NCBI GenBank assembly: GCA_963799775.1
Contig: CAWCYD010000003.1
Coordinates: 32,001-96,000, forward strand
Length of the DNA stretch: 64,000 nt
Source of the DNA: an uncultured archaeon
GTDB taxonomy: Archaea > Thermoproteota > Nitrososphaeria > Nitrososphaerales > Gagatemarchaeaceae
Direction: 5' to 3'
Shown here: one piece after another, positions 10,696-20,255 of the stretch
Layout of the letters: the number at the start of each line of letters is the position of its first letter
Position numbering within the stretch: the first letter of the stretch is position 1
Program-made: the position numbers and the translations under genes
The notes under the pieces: generated by a model
What the model was told of the DNA's origin: nothing
Database searches by the model: none
What the model saw: only the letters and a program-made list of their open reading frames with translations

Positions 10696-11514
10696 TCATC
10701 GCAGGGCCCGTCTGCTCAAGAACGCCGGCCCGTACTTTTCCGCAAGGACCGCGAGAAGCTCATCCTTGTGCTCGCGCATGACATGCTCAAGGAACTGCTC
10801 GGCGACCGCCGCGCCCTTGGTGGCACCCAACTCGAACGCCTTGTCCGCTAGGTCTATGCACATGGGACACTCGGGTATCGTGTCGCCCTTGGCTGCGCTC
10901 TTCAGGTCGCCTAGCTGCTTCTCAAAGAGCTTGTTGATCTTCCCCAGCCTCTCGTTGGGGTCTAGCGTCCTCAAGAGGTCCAACCTCTCCTGAAGAGTGA
11001 GAAACGGCGAGTAGGCGCACATGTCCGCAAGCCTGCCCGGGGTCTCTATCGTCTTCAGGAAGCTGATGATCTCGACCGGCACCCCCGGGAGGAGCCTACC
11101 GAACTCGTCGATTTGCTGAAGGACAGTTTCCATTATCGTGGACTTGTCCGCCGAATCCGATTCTGCGCCTCCCGCCCGCGTGAACCTGACGCGCATGTAC
11201 GGTTGCTCCTGCGTTACTTGCTGTATTCGAACCCTCCAGAGGCCTCTCGAGAAAGATTCCCCGACCTTCCCCGACGGTTGTGCGGCGCGGACCATCGCCA
11301 GAGTCCCGACCGAGCCGACCAGCCCCTCAGGTCCCGGCACTGGGACGAGCACGGCGAGGCTCTTCTCCTTGAAGGCTTGCGCGAGCGCCGCGATGTTCTT
11401 GGAGTCCCTCACGGTGATGTTGACCTCCATCTCGGGGAACACTATCGCGTCCTCCGCTATCAGTGCGGGAGCCTCGAACGACTCATCTCCCTCGGAGGCA
11501 GGCGCTTTTGTCAT
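10696..11514 (-). CDS. Stand-alone Lon N-terminal substrate-binding domain protein with C-terminal CxxC..HxxxxH motif
   Basis: IVFPEMEV, VGTLA, RGLWRVRI, PY, PGRLAD, ERLDLL..LDPNERL; ATG at 11514 chosen as start. Confidence 0.75.
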   Translation of the reverse strand: MTKAPASEGDESFEAPALIAEDAIVFPEMEVNITVRDSKNIAALAQAFKEKSLAVLVPVPGPEGLVGSVGTLAMVRAAQPSGKVGESFSRGLWRVRIQQVTQEQPYMRVRFTRAGGAESDSADKSTIMETVLQQIDEFGRLLPGVPVEIISFLKTIETPGRLADMCAYSPFLTLQERLDLLRTLDPNERLGKINKLFEKQLGDLKSAAKGDTIPECPMCIDLADKAFELGATKGAAVAEQFLEHVMREHKDELLAVLAEKYGPAFLSRRALR

Positions 11515-11563
11515 CGAATCATCATGCCCCTTGCGGAATCCCGTGGACGGCATCTGGCGATAA

Positions 11564-11903
11564 TCACGCTCTCCCTCTTCGGCTCTCTTGCACTGTAAGG
11601 GTCGAGTCGAAGATCTCGCCGAAGGCCTTCTTGAAGTAGACAAGCGCCTCCTCGAGGCCGGCGCTCCCGCGCTGGGTGAGGCGATAGACGCTGTTGCGAC
11701 CTTCCAGATGCGACTCGATTATCCCGCGGCTTGCCAGGCTCCTTCAGAGCCGGATAAATGGTGCCAGGGTTGGGCTTGTCCCCTCGACGTTTTCCTATCT
11801 CGACTGCAAGCTCCTGCCCGTACATGGGGCGCTTTGACAGCAGCCAAAGAATCATGAAAGATAGCATCCCACGCATGTCACAGGCTCCGCCCTCTTCTTC
11901 CAA
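11564..11903 (-). CDS. PadR family transcriptional regulator (frameshift near 11740)
   Basis: ILWLLSKRPMYGQEL...PGTIYPAL, continuing in another frame as VYRLTQRG...FKKAFGEIF. Confidence 0.8.
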
Positions 11904-12033
11904 GCTTGGACGACAGTCGTTCGGCCCGGCCTATAAGAATATCGGGCGCCCAATACCATCCTGCTGGTGAAAATCGTCCCTTTCTATTTGAAAGACGACT
12001 TAGGAATTAAATACGCAACAGCGACGGGCAGTT

Positions 12034-13665
12034 TTGATGGCTGAAAGGTCGAGCTCACATACCCTTGAAGGACAGGCGCCGACTCCATCGAAGCCTCCGA
12101 GCGCGCGGTTCGAGCTGCTCGTCTCCGTCGGGATTCTGCTCGCGCTCCTCATGGGGGCGCTGGACAATTTCGTCGCCCTGACCGCCCTCCCGGTCATCCT
12201 GAAGCAGTTCGGCCAACCGAACAGCGGCACATTCGTGATCAGCGCGTATGTGATCGCCTCGACGGCGAGCATCCCGATCTTCGCGAAGCTCTCGGACCTC
12301 TGGAGCCGAAGAAACGTCTTCCTCGGGGGCCTAGTGGTTTTCATGATTGGTTCCGCCCTCTCAGGCCAGAGCCAGAACCTCACAGAGCTCATCCTCTTCC
12401 GCGCCATCCAGGGCTTTGGGAGCGGAGGCTTCTTCCCAGTCGGCATCGCGATAGTTGCGGTCGTCTTCCCGCCAAAGACCAGGGCGAGGGTAATCGGCGC
12501 GCTCTCGGGAGTCTTCGGCATCGCGGTCGTCGCCGGGCCGCTCATCGGGAGCGCCATCGTCCAGTTCACGACCTGGCGCTGGGTCTTCTACGTCAACATT
12601 CCCGTAGGCATCGCGGGCTTCGCGCTCATTGCGAGCACCCTCGGGCCGCTGCGGCCTGAACACGTGCGCAAGTTCGACCTCCCGGGTGCAGGGCTTCTGG
12701 TCGGGTGGGTAGCCTCGATAATGTACCCGCTCTACCAGATAGTCGACAGCGGGTGGGCGTGGACGGACTCTCGAACGCTGGGATTCCTCGGCGTCGGGGT
12801 TGCTCTCGTGGTCGTCTTCATACTTTGGGAACTCAGGGCCGAGAACGCCCTGGTTCCGATTCGTCTCTTCAAAATTCGAGTCATGGCTGCCGGCGGGGGC
12901 GCGACCTTCTTCATCGGAATGGTCTTCTTCCCCGTCGCGACGTTCTTAGCTTTGGTAGTGGGCGTAGTCTTGGCCCCAGGGTCCGGCGGGTCTTCGAACA
13001 CTGTGAGAGACATCCTTTACTTCCTGGTCATCCCACTTGTGATTGGGGCCGCGCTGGGAGGCCAGATGCTCACCCGTCGGTCCTACAGGTTTGTCACGGT
13101 CATTGGTCTCATCGTCGGCAGCATCGGGATGGCCGTCCTGAGCGGACTTTCGACCACGACTCCCCTTTGGAAGTTCGCGTTCGGCGTCATCCCTGTCGGT
13201 GGCATCATTCTGCCCTTGATCCCATTGGGCTTTGGAATAGGTCTGACATTCCCGGTCTTCCTCCTCGCCGCCCAGAACCAAGTGAGCACGGAGGATGTGG
13301 GCGAGGCCGGAGGGTTGATCCAATTCCTCCAATCCCTTGGAGGTGCGATCGGACTCTCCGTACTTGCATCCTTCCAGGCTACGCGGTTCGCGGCACTCGA
13401 CCCGCCTCCAAACGCTGCCTGCCTCTCCGCCACTCCGCCCATGCCGACATGCGCGTCGTACCTTGGCTCTCTTGAAACCTCACTGGTCAGCTCCTATGAC
13501 CAGACGTTCATGGTGATGCTTGGGCTACTTGCGGTGGCATTTGTCTTCGTGTTGTTCCTAAGAGGACGCCTACCGAAGGGAACCCCACAGGCTCAAGGCG
13601 GCTCGGAGGTCGTCACTCAGGAAAATACCTCCATTCCCAATGCCTCGACGACGCGACCTCTCTAG
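12034..13665 (+). CDS. MFS DHA2 (EmrB/QacA-like) efflux transporter
   Basis: LDNFVALTALP, KLSDLWSRR, FRAIQGFG, WRWVFYVNIPVG; about 14 hydrophobic segments. Confidence 0.92.
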   Translation: MMAERSSSHTLEGQAPTPSKPPSARFELLVSVGILLALLMGALDNFVALTALPVILKQFGQPNSGTFVISAYVIASTASIPIFAKLSDLWSRRNVFLGGLVVFMIGSALSGQSQNLTELILFRAIQGFGSGGFFPVGIAIVAVVFPPKTRARVIGALSGVFGIAVVAGPLIGSAIVQFTTWRWVFYVNIPVGIAGFALIASTLGPLRPEHVRKFDLPGAGLLVGWVASIMYPLYQIVDSGWAWTDSRTLGFLGVGVALVVVFILWELRAENALVPIRLFKIRVMAAGGGATFFIGMVFFPVATFLALVVGVVLAPGSGGSSNTVRDILYFLVIPLVIGAALGGQMLTRRSYRFVTVIGLIVGSIGMAVLSGLSTTTPLWKFAFGVIPVGGIILPLIPLGFGIGLTFPVFLLAAQNQVSTEDVGEAGGLIQFLQSLGGAIGLSVLASFQATRFAALDPPPNAACLSATPPMPTCASYLGSLETSLVSSYDQTFMVMLGLLAVAFVFVLFLRGRLPKGTPQAQGGSEVVTQENTSIPNASTTRPL

Positions 13666-14178
13666 TCAGGGCTGTTGCCGTCTCTTCGCCCCAAACGCTC
13701 TGCGAGACCGAAGAAATCGAAATGAGGAGTGCCCTCTAGCGAAGAAATAACTCCTTCTTCTAGGTGAGCTTGCCGTGAATGTAGCAAGCCGTAAGATAAG
13801 CTATGATCGCGATGCACCAACCTACCGCGATGGCTTGCTGAATGTCCAAGCTGACCTTTCCAGCGCTTATTTGCGGTAATCGGGAATTAAACCTTACGAA
13901 CCTCTCATGCATGGCTGCTGTTAGTCTGAGTTAGCCTCGAAGACAATCCCTGTCCGCGAATTGCCGTTTACTCCTACGAACACATCCTCAGGTGAATGAC
14001 CGCTGAAGAGGTTTGGCGAGCCCGGTGGGATGTGAACACCGTAGAAATGTACGAATTGGCGAGGCGAAAATCGACTTTGCAAGCATGAATCCGGATGAAA
14101 TCGTCGACCTCAATGGCAAAGAAGGCTAGTCATCGCACGCAGGATCTGAGACCTGTGCAGCGCAAATCCGAGTCGCAT

Positions 14179-14886
14179 TCAAGCGTTTAGTTTTGCAATT
14201 TCGCCGTCCCAAGTCGCGGTGAGCGATCCCTCTCTGCTCAAGCAAAAAACTATGCCGTCTAGATATGGTATCCACTTGATCTCCTTGAATCGTCCGCCAA
14301 AAATGGTCTCTATCAGGAGTATCAGCCCGTAGTCGTGCCCCACCCACAACCGCAGGAGCGGGGCTCGACGGGCCTTCAAGTCCGTGCTAACGCTCCTCAC
14401 GACGAACTGCTTTACCTCCGAAGGGGATTTCATCATCCCGACAGGAAGACTCCCGTCCAGCCACTCTCTCAGGAATGGCAGTCCTCCCACCTTTTCCCTG
14501 TATGACTCCATCGCATTTCTGTCCTTCGCGAAAAAGTGGGTCACGGCCAAGGAGTCGTCTATTCCAATATCTGATATGCTACCAGAATTCACGTGTGAGT
14601 AGCCGTTCATGATGCCGGTCGCCGTCTCTACACAGCGGGGGACGGGACTATAGCCCACGACGAGGTTGAAGCCTCTAGGGAGCGACTGGCCAAACCTTTT
14701 CGATTCGCCGTGCCCGTGAGGGGTCAACCCTGCGACCATATTCGGATTGGCGACCTCGCCTCTTAGACCTTGATCCCTGACGGAGTGTCTGAGGATGACT
14801 CCAATCCGATCACACTCCATGGATTTGATGACGCCAATAAGTCGGTCTCCGTAAGAGATTTCTTCCCCGGGCTTCTCAGGTTCCAA
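14179..14886 (-). CDS. Histidine phosphatase superfamily protein
   Basis: LRHS, LTPHG, SPVPRCVETA and VGHD motifs. Confidence 0.7.
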   Translation of the reverse strand: MEPEKPGEEISYGDRLIGVIKSMECDRIGVILRHSVRDQGLRGEVANPNMVAGLTPHGHGESKRFGQSLPRGFNLVVGYSPVPRCVETATGIMNGYSHVNSGSISDIGIDDSLAVTHFFAKDRNAMESYREKVGGLPFLREWLDGSLPVGMMKSPSEVKQFVVRSVSTDLKARRAPLLRLWVGHDYGLILLIETIFGGRFKEIKWIPYLDGIVFCLSREGSLTATWDGEIAKLNA

Positions 14887-14979
14887 CTCTCAAACGTCCG
14901 ATAGGGCATGAATATGAATCATGTTCAATTTCCTCTACCATGCTCAAGAAGTTCGAATCCATTTCTGGGGAAGTGTCGG

Positions 14980-14996
14980 TGGCGGGCCCGGTGGGA
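14980..14996 (-). repeat. att-site copy of tRNA-Arg 3' end
   Basis: Identical to 19617-19633. Confidence 0.8.
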
Positions 14997-15111
14997 CTCG
15001 CCCACTGGCTGGCGCACACCAAACAACTTTGGAGCCACAGGCTGGACAATCTCGACAAATTGTTAAAAGCGGAAAGAGAGAAAGAACGCTGAAACGAAAC
15101 TGGGTGACATT

Positions 15112-15810
15112 ATGGCAACAGCAAAAGCAACATTAGAAAGGAAAAGAAATGAATTAGGATTTCATGAAATTGGAAAGGCCCATGGAATACCAATATACAT
15201 TTTAAATGAAAAAGCAAGTGCTTCACAGTCGGCAAAGCGCATAGTAGAGCCTAAATTGGCGCTGCCTGCTTACCAGTTTATGCTTTCTGCTTTTGGCTCA
15301 GAAAGTTCACTCAAAGACAAATTCAATGACACTGGAAAAAGCGATTACTCTTTTTGGATTGCGGGCATCGGTAAAGACACAAATCATCTAATAGACGAAT
15401 CCCAAGAGTCAGAAATTACACCTGCTCAGGAAGCAGAGGCCATGAAGCTTGCCGAATCAGGCATGAATTATAGGGATATAGCTAAGAAGTTAGGCGTGAC
15501 TGCTTTGAGCGTATATTACGCACTGAAGAAAAAAGGGAAAACCAAAGCAAAAAAGTCAATAAAGCCAAGAAGCTCGGCTCTTTGCACTTTTGATAAGAAA
15601 GGAAATCTTAACGTAGGTAAAGGAGCCTCCTTAGAAAGTACAGTTCGTGTTTCCAGAGGCTCGGATGACATGCCTCTTCTATTCTTCGTTCTTCGTGACA
15701 GCTACTCCAGGATTGGCGGTGCGCGTTTCGTCATTACTGCATGCAATGGCAGACAGTTTACTCCTCTTACTGCTGCTAGGGTGGTAGTAGAAGTAGAAGT
15801 GAACCCTTGA
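15112..15810 (+). CDS. AT-rich hypothetical protein with central HTH
   Basis: AMKLAESGMNYRDIAKKLGVTALSVYYALKK HTH. Confidence 0.65.
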   Translation: MATAKATLERKRNELGFHEIGKAHGIPIYILNEKASASQSAKRIVEPKLALPAYQFMLSAFGSESSLKDKFNDTGKSDYSFWIAGIGKDTNHLIDESQESEITPAQEAEAMKLAESGMNYRDIAKKLGVTALSVYYALKKKGKTKAKKSIKPRSSALCTFDKKGNLNVGKGASLESTVRVSRGSDDMPLLFFVLRDSYSRIGGARFVITACNGRQFTPLTAARVVVEVEVNP

Positions 15811-15913
15811 ATTTCAAGCCCTAGTCCAACACCAAGAATGGTGCGAATCCCTTCCGGCCCACTTAAACTCTTAAGAGAATCCCTTATTAGAAGCGTTCTC
15901 CCGAGGCAGAAAC

Positions 15914-17203
15914 ATGCCCTTTGGGAACAAGTACAGACACCTTCTCGACGACCAGGACGTCCGCAGATGGTTTGAGAACCTCGAAGCCAAGTCGATCATA
16001 ACCGCCACCGTCTATCTCCGGACGATGGGGCTCTATTGCGCTCTCGAGGGGACGACCCCAAAGAAGATACTCGCTGAAGCCAAGTCCAAGAGATTTCGCG
16101 ACGAGTTCACGGACTTTATCCGGAGGATGGAGAAAGAGGGGAAGGCAGGCTCCTACATCGAGCGGTTCAAGAAGGTCGTCCTCTCCTGGGCCTTCTACAA
16201 CAACCTCGACGTGAAGCTGAAGGTGAACATCAAGGGCACGTCCGAGACCCCCACAATAGCCAACGAAAGGGTGCCGAGCAAGGACGAGCTTTCGAGGATC
16301 CTCCGGATGGCGTCGCCTCGTGGAAGGGTCTCCGTCGCGATGATGGCGTTCAGCGGTCTTAGGCCGGAGAGCCTTGGCGACTACCTCGGAACTGACGGCA
16401 TCAGGCTCGCGGACTTTACGGAGGCGAAGATATCGAGCGGTCGAGTGGAATTCGAGAAGGTTCCCACAGCCCTCCTCGTAAGGAGAGCGCTGAGCAAGGC
16501 GAGGCACCCATACCTCTCGTTCGTGGGTGAAGAGGCGATAACCTACATCCAGGAGCATATCCAAGATAGAGTGAAGTCGGGAGAGAAGCTATCACCTCAG
16601 AGCCCGATGCTGGCCTTCGACCCCAGGGGAGTGAGGAAGAACGCCTTCCTCAGGACCATCCTTGTGACCCGGGACATCAAGGAGGCGATAACCAAGGCAG
16701 GGTTTACGTGGAGGCCCTACGTCCTCAGGGCGTACTGCGACACAGGAATGATCGTGGCCGAGTCCAAAGGCTTGATCTCTCACCCATACCTGCAGTTCCT
16801 GATGGGGCACAAGGGAGACATCGAGGCTAGGTATTCGACCAACAAAGGCAGGCTCCCACCAACGATGATTGAGGAGCTGAGGGGCGCCTACAAGAAATGC
16901 GAGCCCCTTCTCTCGACGAAGGCAGAGACGGCGAGCGAGGAGCAGATCAAGAAGGCGTTGAGGGAGCAGTTCCTCGCGGTCGCAGGCTTCAAGAAGGATG
17001 AGGTCGAGAAGATGAACCTCGACGAGATGGGCGACGAGGAGCTCCAGAACGCTGTGAGGCAGAGGCTGGTCGGCATGATGACGGGCAACGGCTCAAGGCA
17101 GAAGGTCATCCCGATCCAAGAGGTCAAGTCGTATATCGGTCAAGGCTACGAATACGTCGCCTCTCTTCCCGACGCGGAGGCCATAGTCAAGATCCCATTC
17201 TGA
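15914..17203 (+). CDS. Tyrosine recombinase/integrase
   Basis: FSGLRPES (R), PYVLRAY (YxxR in place of HxxR), LMGH, ARY (catalytic Tyr). Confidence 0.92.
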   Translation: MPFGNKYRHLLDDQDVRRWFENLEAKSIITATVYLRTMGLYCALEGTTPKKILAEAKSKRFRDEFTDFIRRMEKEGKAGSYIERFKKVVLSWAFYNNLDVKLKVNIKGTSETPTIANERVPSKDELSRILRMASPRGRVSVAMMAFSGLRPESLGDYLGTDGIRLADFTEAKISSGRVEFEKVPTALLVRRALSKARHPYLSFVGEEAITYIQEHIQDRVKSGEKLSPQSPMLAFDPRGVRKNAFLRTILVTRDIKEAITKAGFTWRPYVLRAYCDTGMIVAESKGLISHPYLQFLMGHKGDIEARYSTNKGRLPPTMIEELRGAYKKCEPLLSTKAETASEEQIKKALREQFLAVAGFKKDEVEKMNLDEMGDEELQNAVRQRLVGMMTGNGSRQKVIPIQEVKSYIGQGYEYVASLPDAEAIVKIPF

Positions 17204-17212
17204 GTGTCGCTC

Positions 17213-17456
17213 GCCCATAGCATGCAACCCCCTTCAGGCTCGCCCTTCGCTCCGAGCAAAATTCACCCCCTCGCTTCGCTCGCCGCGTCCGTCGCTCCCT
17301 TCGGTCGCTTCTCGCGGCCTTGCGCCCCTTCGGGGCTCCCTCCCCCCTCTTTTGCTCTCCGCTCGGTCTTCGCCTTCACCCCGCCTTGAAGCGGGGCCGC
17401 GCAACTTCGCTCCTCCGAAAGGAGCTCGTTTCGCGGGGGTGTTGCATGCTATGGGC
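17213..17456. repeat. Multi-hairpin structured element closed by a perfect 16-bp inverted repeat
   Basis: GCCCATAGCATGCAAC (17213-17228) / GTTGCATGCTATGGGC (17441-17456), with internal hairpins. Confidence 0.8.
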
Positions 17457-17497
17457 TCGCGTGAAGGGGGAGGGAAAGGGGGAAGAATTGAACTGAT

Positions 17498-18502
17498 TTG
17501 GAGAAAAGAGGGTTGATCCCCCTTATACCCTTCAAAGGGGTGCCCCACAATCCTGTCGAATCAACGAAAAAGTTTCTGAAACCATCGTACGGAAGCTTCG
17601 CACCCAGGGTTCAAATACATGAAAGTCGCCTAACAAAAGCAATGAGAAGTGGTCGCGCCTCGCTCCTGCTTAGTGTGGCGACCATGTTGAAATTGCCTTC
17701 CGCGTCACCCAAGTGGTCTGTTCAATATTATACTCGGTTTCAATCGAGAAGCGGAATCGGCCGAGTAGTCGCTGTCTCTGTAGTTCTTGCTGTAGTGGCA
17801 ATCGCCGCCGTGTCTTCGCTTTTCCTTCTTTCGTCATCGCCGTCTCCAAGCAACGGGAGTGCTAGTGAGCCTTCGATTACGACATGTGCTTCGGCCACCC
17901 CGGTAGCCAACTACCGTTTTCTTTCACCTCCGCCTAACAAGCAAGTGTTGCTGCTACAGCCTGGCAAGACCGTTGAGGTCTGCGTGACCTACACGACAGA
18001 ATGGAACTCAACAAGCTTCCAGACCTACAAGAGCTCGTTCTTTGACAACGGTACACTGACTATCCCAGTCCAAATACTAAACGATGTACCGATACAGTCG
18101 AATTACTCCGATCAGACTCCAAGCGGGAGCGGTAGCAATTCTACATCAGCCGCTTCTTCAACGACGGTCACATACACGACCGGTACGGCTTATCACGCGA
18201 AGGCATACACCGGTTCGTTCGACACAGCGGTTCTGCCAAGTTCTATCACGCCCACCCCTACTGTCTCCTCTTTCACGATTCTCTACACAATCACCCCACT
18301 GAGCAACTCGACAGGTTTCTACAGTGAGTTCGATCCTGCCCCGGGATTGCTGCTGGCTGTAGGTTACACTGCGTCTCAAGTCCAAGCCTCTGACTTTCCC
18401 GCCGCCGGCCTCGTCCATGGCACTTTCGCATCTCCTTACACCGCCAGCAGTGTGAGCGTTATTGGTGGCACGGTAGTTGATTTGACGATTTCGGGGCGAT
18501 AG
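17498..18502 (+). CDS. Membrane-anchored Ser/Thr-rich surface protein (true start probably near 17680)
   Basis: TM segment VVAVSVVLAVVAIAAVSSLFLL, then Ser/Thr-rich beta domain with two Cys. Confidence 0.65.
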   Translation: MEKRGLIPLIPFKGVPHNPVESTKKFLKPSYGSFAPRVQIHESRLTKAMRSGRASLLLSVATMLKLPSASPKWSVQYYTRFQSRSGIGRVVAVSVVLAVVAIAAVSSLFLLSSSPSPSNGSASEPSITTCASATPVANYRFLSPPPNKQVLLLQPGKTVEVCVTYTTEWNSTSFQTYKSSFFDNGTLTIPVQILNDVPIQSNYSDQTPSGSGSNSTSAASSTTVTYTTGTAYHAKAYTGSFDTAVLPSSITPTPTVSSFTILYTITPLSNSTGFYSEFDPAPGLLLAVGYTASQVQASDFPAAGLVHGTFASPYTASSVSVIGGTVVDLTISGR

Positions 18503-18503
18503 A

Positions 18504-19317
18504 ATGAGACAGAGTCGAGGCAGGAGTCTTTCAAAAATTATCATTGCATCGTCACTATTTGCATTGCTTTTGGCTGCTCCTATTCACGTCATCTTTGCAA
18601 CAACATACGACTCAACCATTACGATTTCGCCTTCCGACACTGGTGCTCTCACGTGGTTCAGGTTCGACGAACTCGGTGATGTCAACGATTCCACTGGTGA
18701 CTGCGGCGTAGAATCGCCATGTTTCTCTTTTCAGTTGAACACCGATACGTCCACAACAAGCGGTGCTAACTTCTATCAGGCGCTAATGTACGTGTACCCT
18801 GATCACGTCTATTGGAACTGGGCCATTGGCTGTGATCCGACTTGCAGTTACGAAGGAAGCGGCAGCTCAAACTTCAATCCATCACTCCTCAACAACAGCG
18901 AGAATGTCTTCATTATGGCCATTAACGACGGCTCAAGTTCAATCGGATGGGGTGCGACTTCCTGCGACACGTCGATAGACGAAGCAGCCTATTCGTTCCA
19001 ATTTCTAGTGGTGAACCTATCTTCATGCGGTACATCAGATGGCTGGAGCGGTAATCCTGGTTCTAGTGAGATGGCCGCAGGTGCACCTCAGCTATATTCA
19101 GAGCGTCCCGGTTTCTCAGTGTTGCGGCGACAATTCAACCTTTCATGGAACGCAGGTCAGTGGAGAGCTATTCAACGGAAACCTTGGAACCTACGGTAGC
19201 AACGCGGGGAGCCTAACAAAGGAGGAAAACAACATGGATCTCAATTTCGGGACATACGGAACCGTTGTCCCTCTCTGCTACCACTCTCCAGATGTGAGCG
19301 AGCCTTCCTGCCCGTAG
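18504..19317 (+). CDS. Secreted Cys-rich protein with thermopsin-like motifs (frameshift near 19070)
   Basis: Signal peptide; FSFQLNT...FYQAL; continues in 19039..19317 frame with TKEENN and ends in SCP. Confidence 0.6.
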
Positions 19318-19616
19318 TATAAATTGTGGCATATGTTCGCCTAGAGTAATTCGCGCAAGGCCCCCTACCGTAGACAAACCAACCTGAAGTCGAATTTTTC
19401 GCCTCGAGCTATTTTATATAGGATTCGCTTAAATAATTAATTGCATCCCTCATGGCCCATCCCAAGATCCGTTTGGAACCTGCTATTCTTGTGCACACAG
19501 CCTTGATTAACGCAATGATTTCGGGGAGTTACATCCAAAGACCCGTAATCGAGGCATGTGGGGTGGACACGCCATTCTGACGAAGATTCGGGTGAAACGG
19601 AGTCGAAATTGAAGTT

Positions 19617-19694
19617 TGGCGGGCCCGGTGGGATTTGAACCCTCGGCCTAACGCTTAGGAGGCGTTCGCTCTGTCCATACTGAGCTACGGGCCC
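19617..19694 (-). tRNA. tRNA-Arg(CCT), CCA encoded
   Basis: GGGCCCGTAGCTCAG...AACGC-CTCCTAA-GCGTT...GGTTCAAATCCC...GGGCCCGCCA cloverleaf. Confidence 0.95.
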
Positions 19695-19751
19695 GAATCC
19701 AAGGGCGTCTGAGTCACCAATATACTGTTTTGGTCGGAGATTCCTGGTTCG

Positions 19752-20255
19752 TCAGAGCAAGTGGAACTTGAGCTCCAGCTCTTTCGCCTTCTCGTCGAAG
19801 GAACACGCGTCGACCCTAATCGCCCCTATCGACCCTGTGCTCTCTGTGTGCGATTTGTCGCAGCAACTCGCCCCCCAATCAGGGATCCTCACTATCCTGA
19901 GAAGGGTTTCGTTCTGCGGCGCAGGGCAGAGGTCGTAGATACCTGTCCCGAAGTGCCCCTCCGCCTCCCCCTTGTCCATACTGAACTCCACAATCTCCGC
20001 GTCCTCTTCGACTTTTCTGTTGGCGGCGGCCTCTATCTTGCCGACCTCCTGCGCTGACAGAGGGGCCTCGCTCCTGAACTTCAGCACCCGTGCGTTAGCG
20101 AACGTGAACCTTCGCGGGCCCAGGACGTTGGTGACCGCCCCAGTGAGCACATGGATCGCTGAGTGGGCGCGAGATTCGCCCGAGTTCCCCGGTTTAGACG
20201 TTGACGACCTTGAGGATGTCCCTGAGATGGGTCTCGAGGCCATATCTCCTTTCAT
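19752..20255 (-). CDS. alaX: AlaX-S type alanyl-tRNA editing protein
   Basis: HSAIH (HxxxH) and CDKSH (CxxxH) Zn motifs; start uncertain, overlaps upstream gene. Confidence 0.75.
   Translation of the reverse strand: MKGDMASRPISGTSSRSSTSKPGNSGESRAHSAIHVLTGAVTNVLGPRRFTFANARVLKFRSEAPLSAQEVGKIEAAANRKVEEDAEIVEFSMDKGEAEGHFGTGIYDLCPAPQNETLLRIVRIPDWGASCCDKSHTESTGSIGAIRVDACSFDEKAKELELKFHLL

Larger units (their letters stand above)
14980..19633. mobile_element. Integrative element at the tRNA-Arg(CCT) 3' end
   Basis: 17-bp direct repeat TGGCGGGCCCGGTGGGA at 14980-14996 and 19617-19633 (tRNA 3' end); tyrosine integrase inside. Confidence 0.8.

Noticed and set aside
13666-14178. Intergenic region as an ncRNA or small gene
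   Set aside because: Only stop-interrupted hydrophobic fragments seen; no convincing structure.
14951-14960. GTTCGAATCC T-loop-like motif near the att site
   Set aside because: No flanking cloverleaf or acceptor stem; could be chance.
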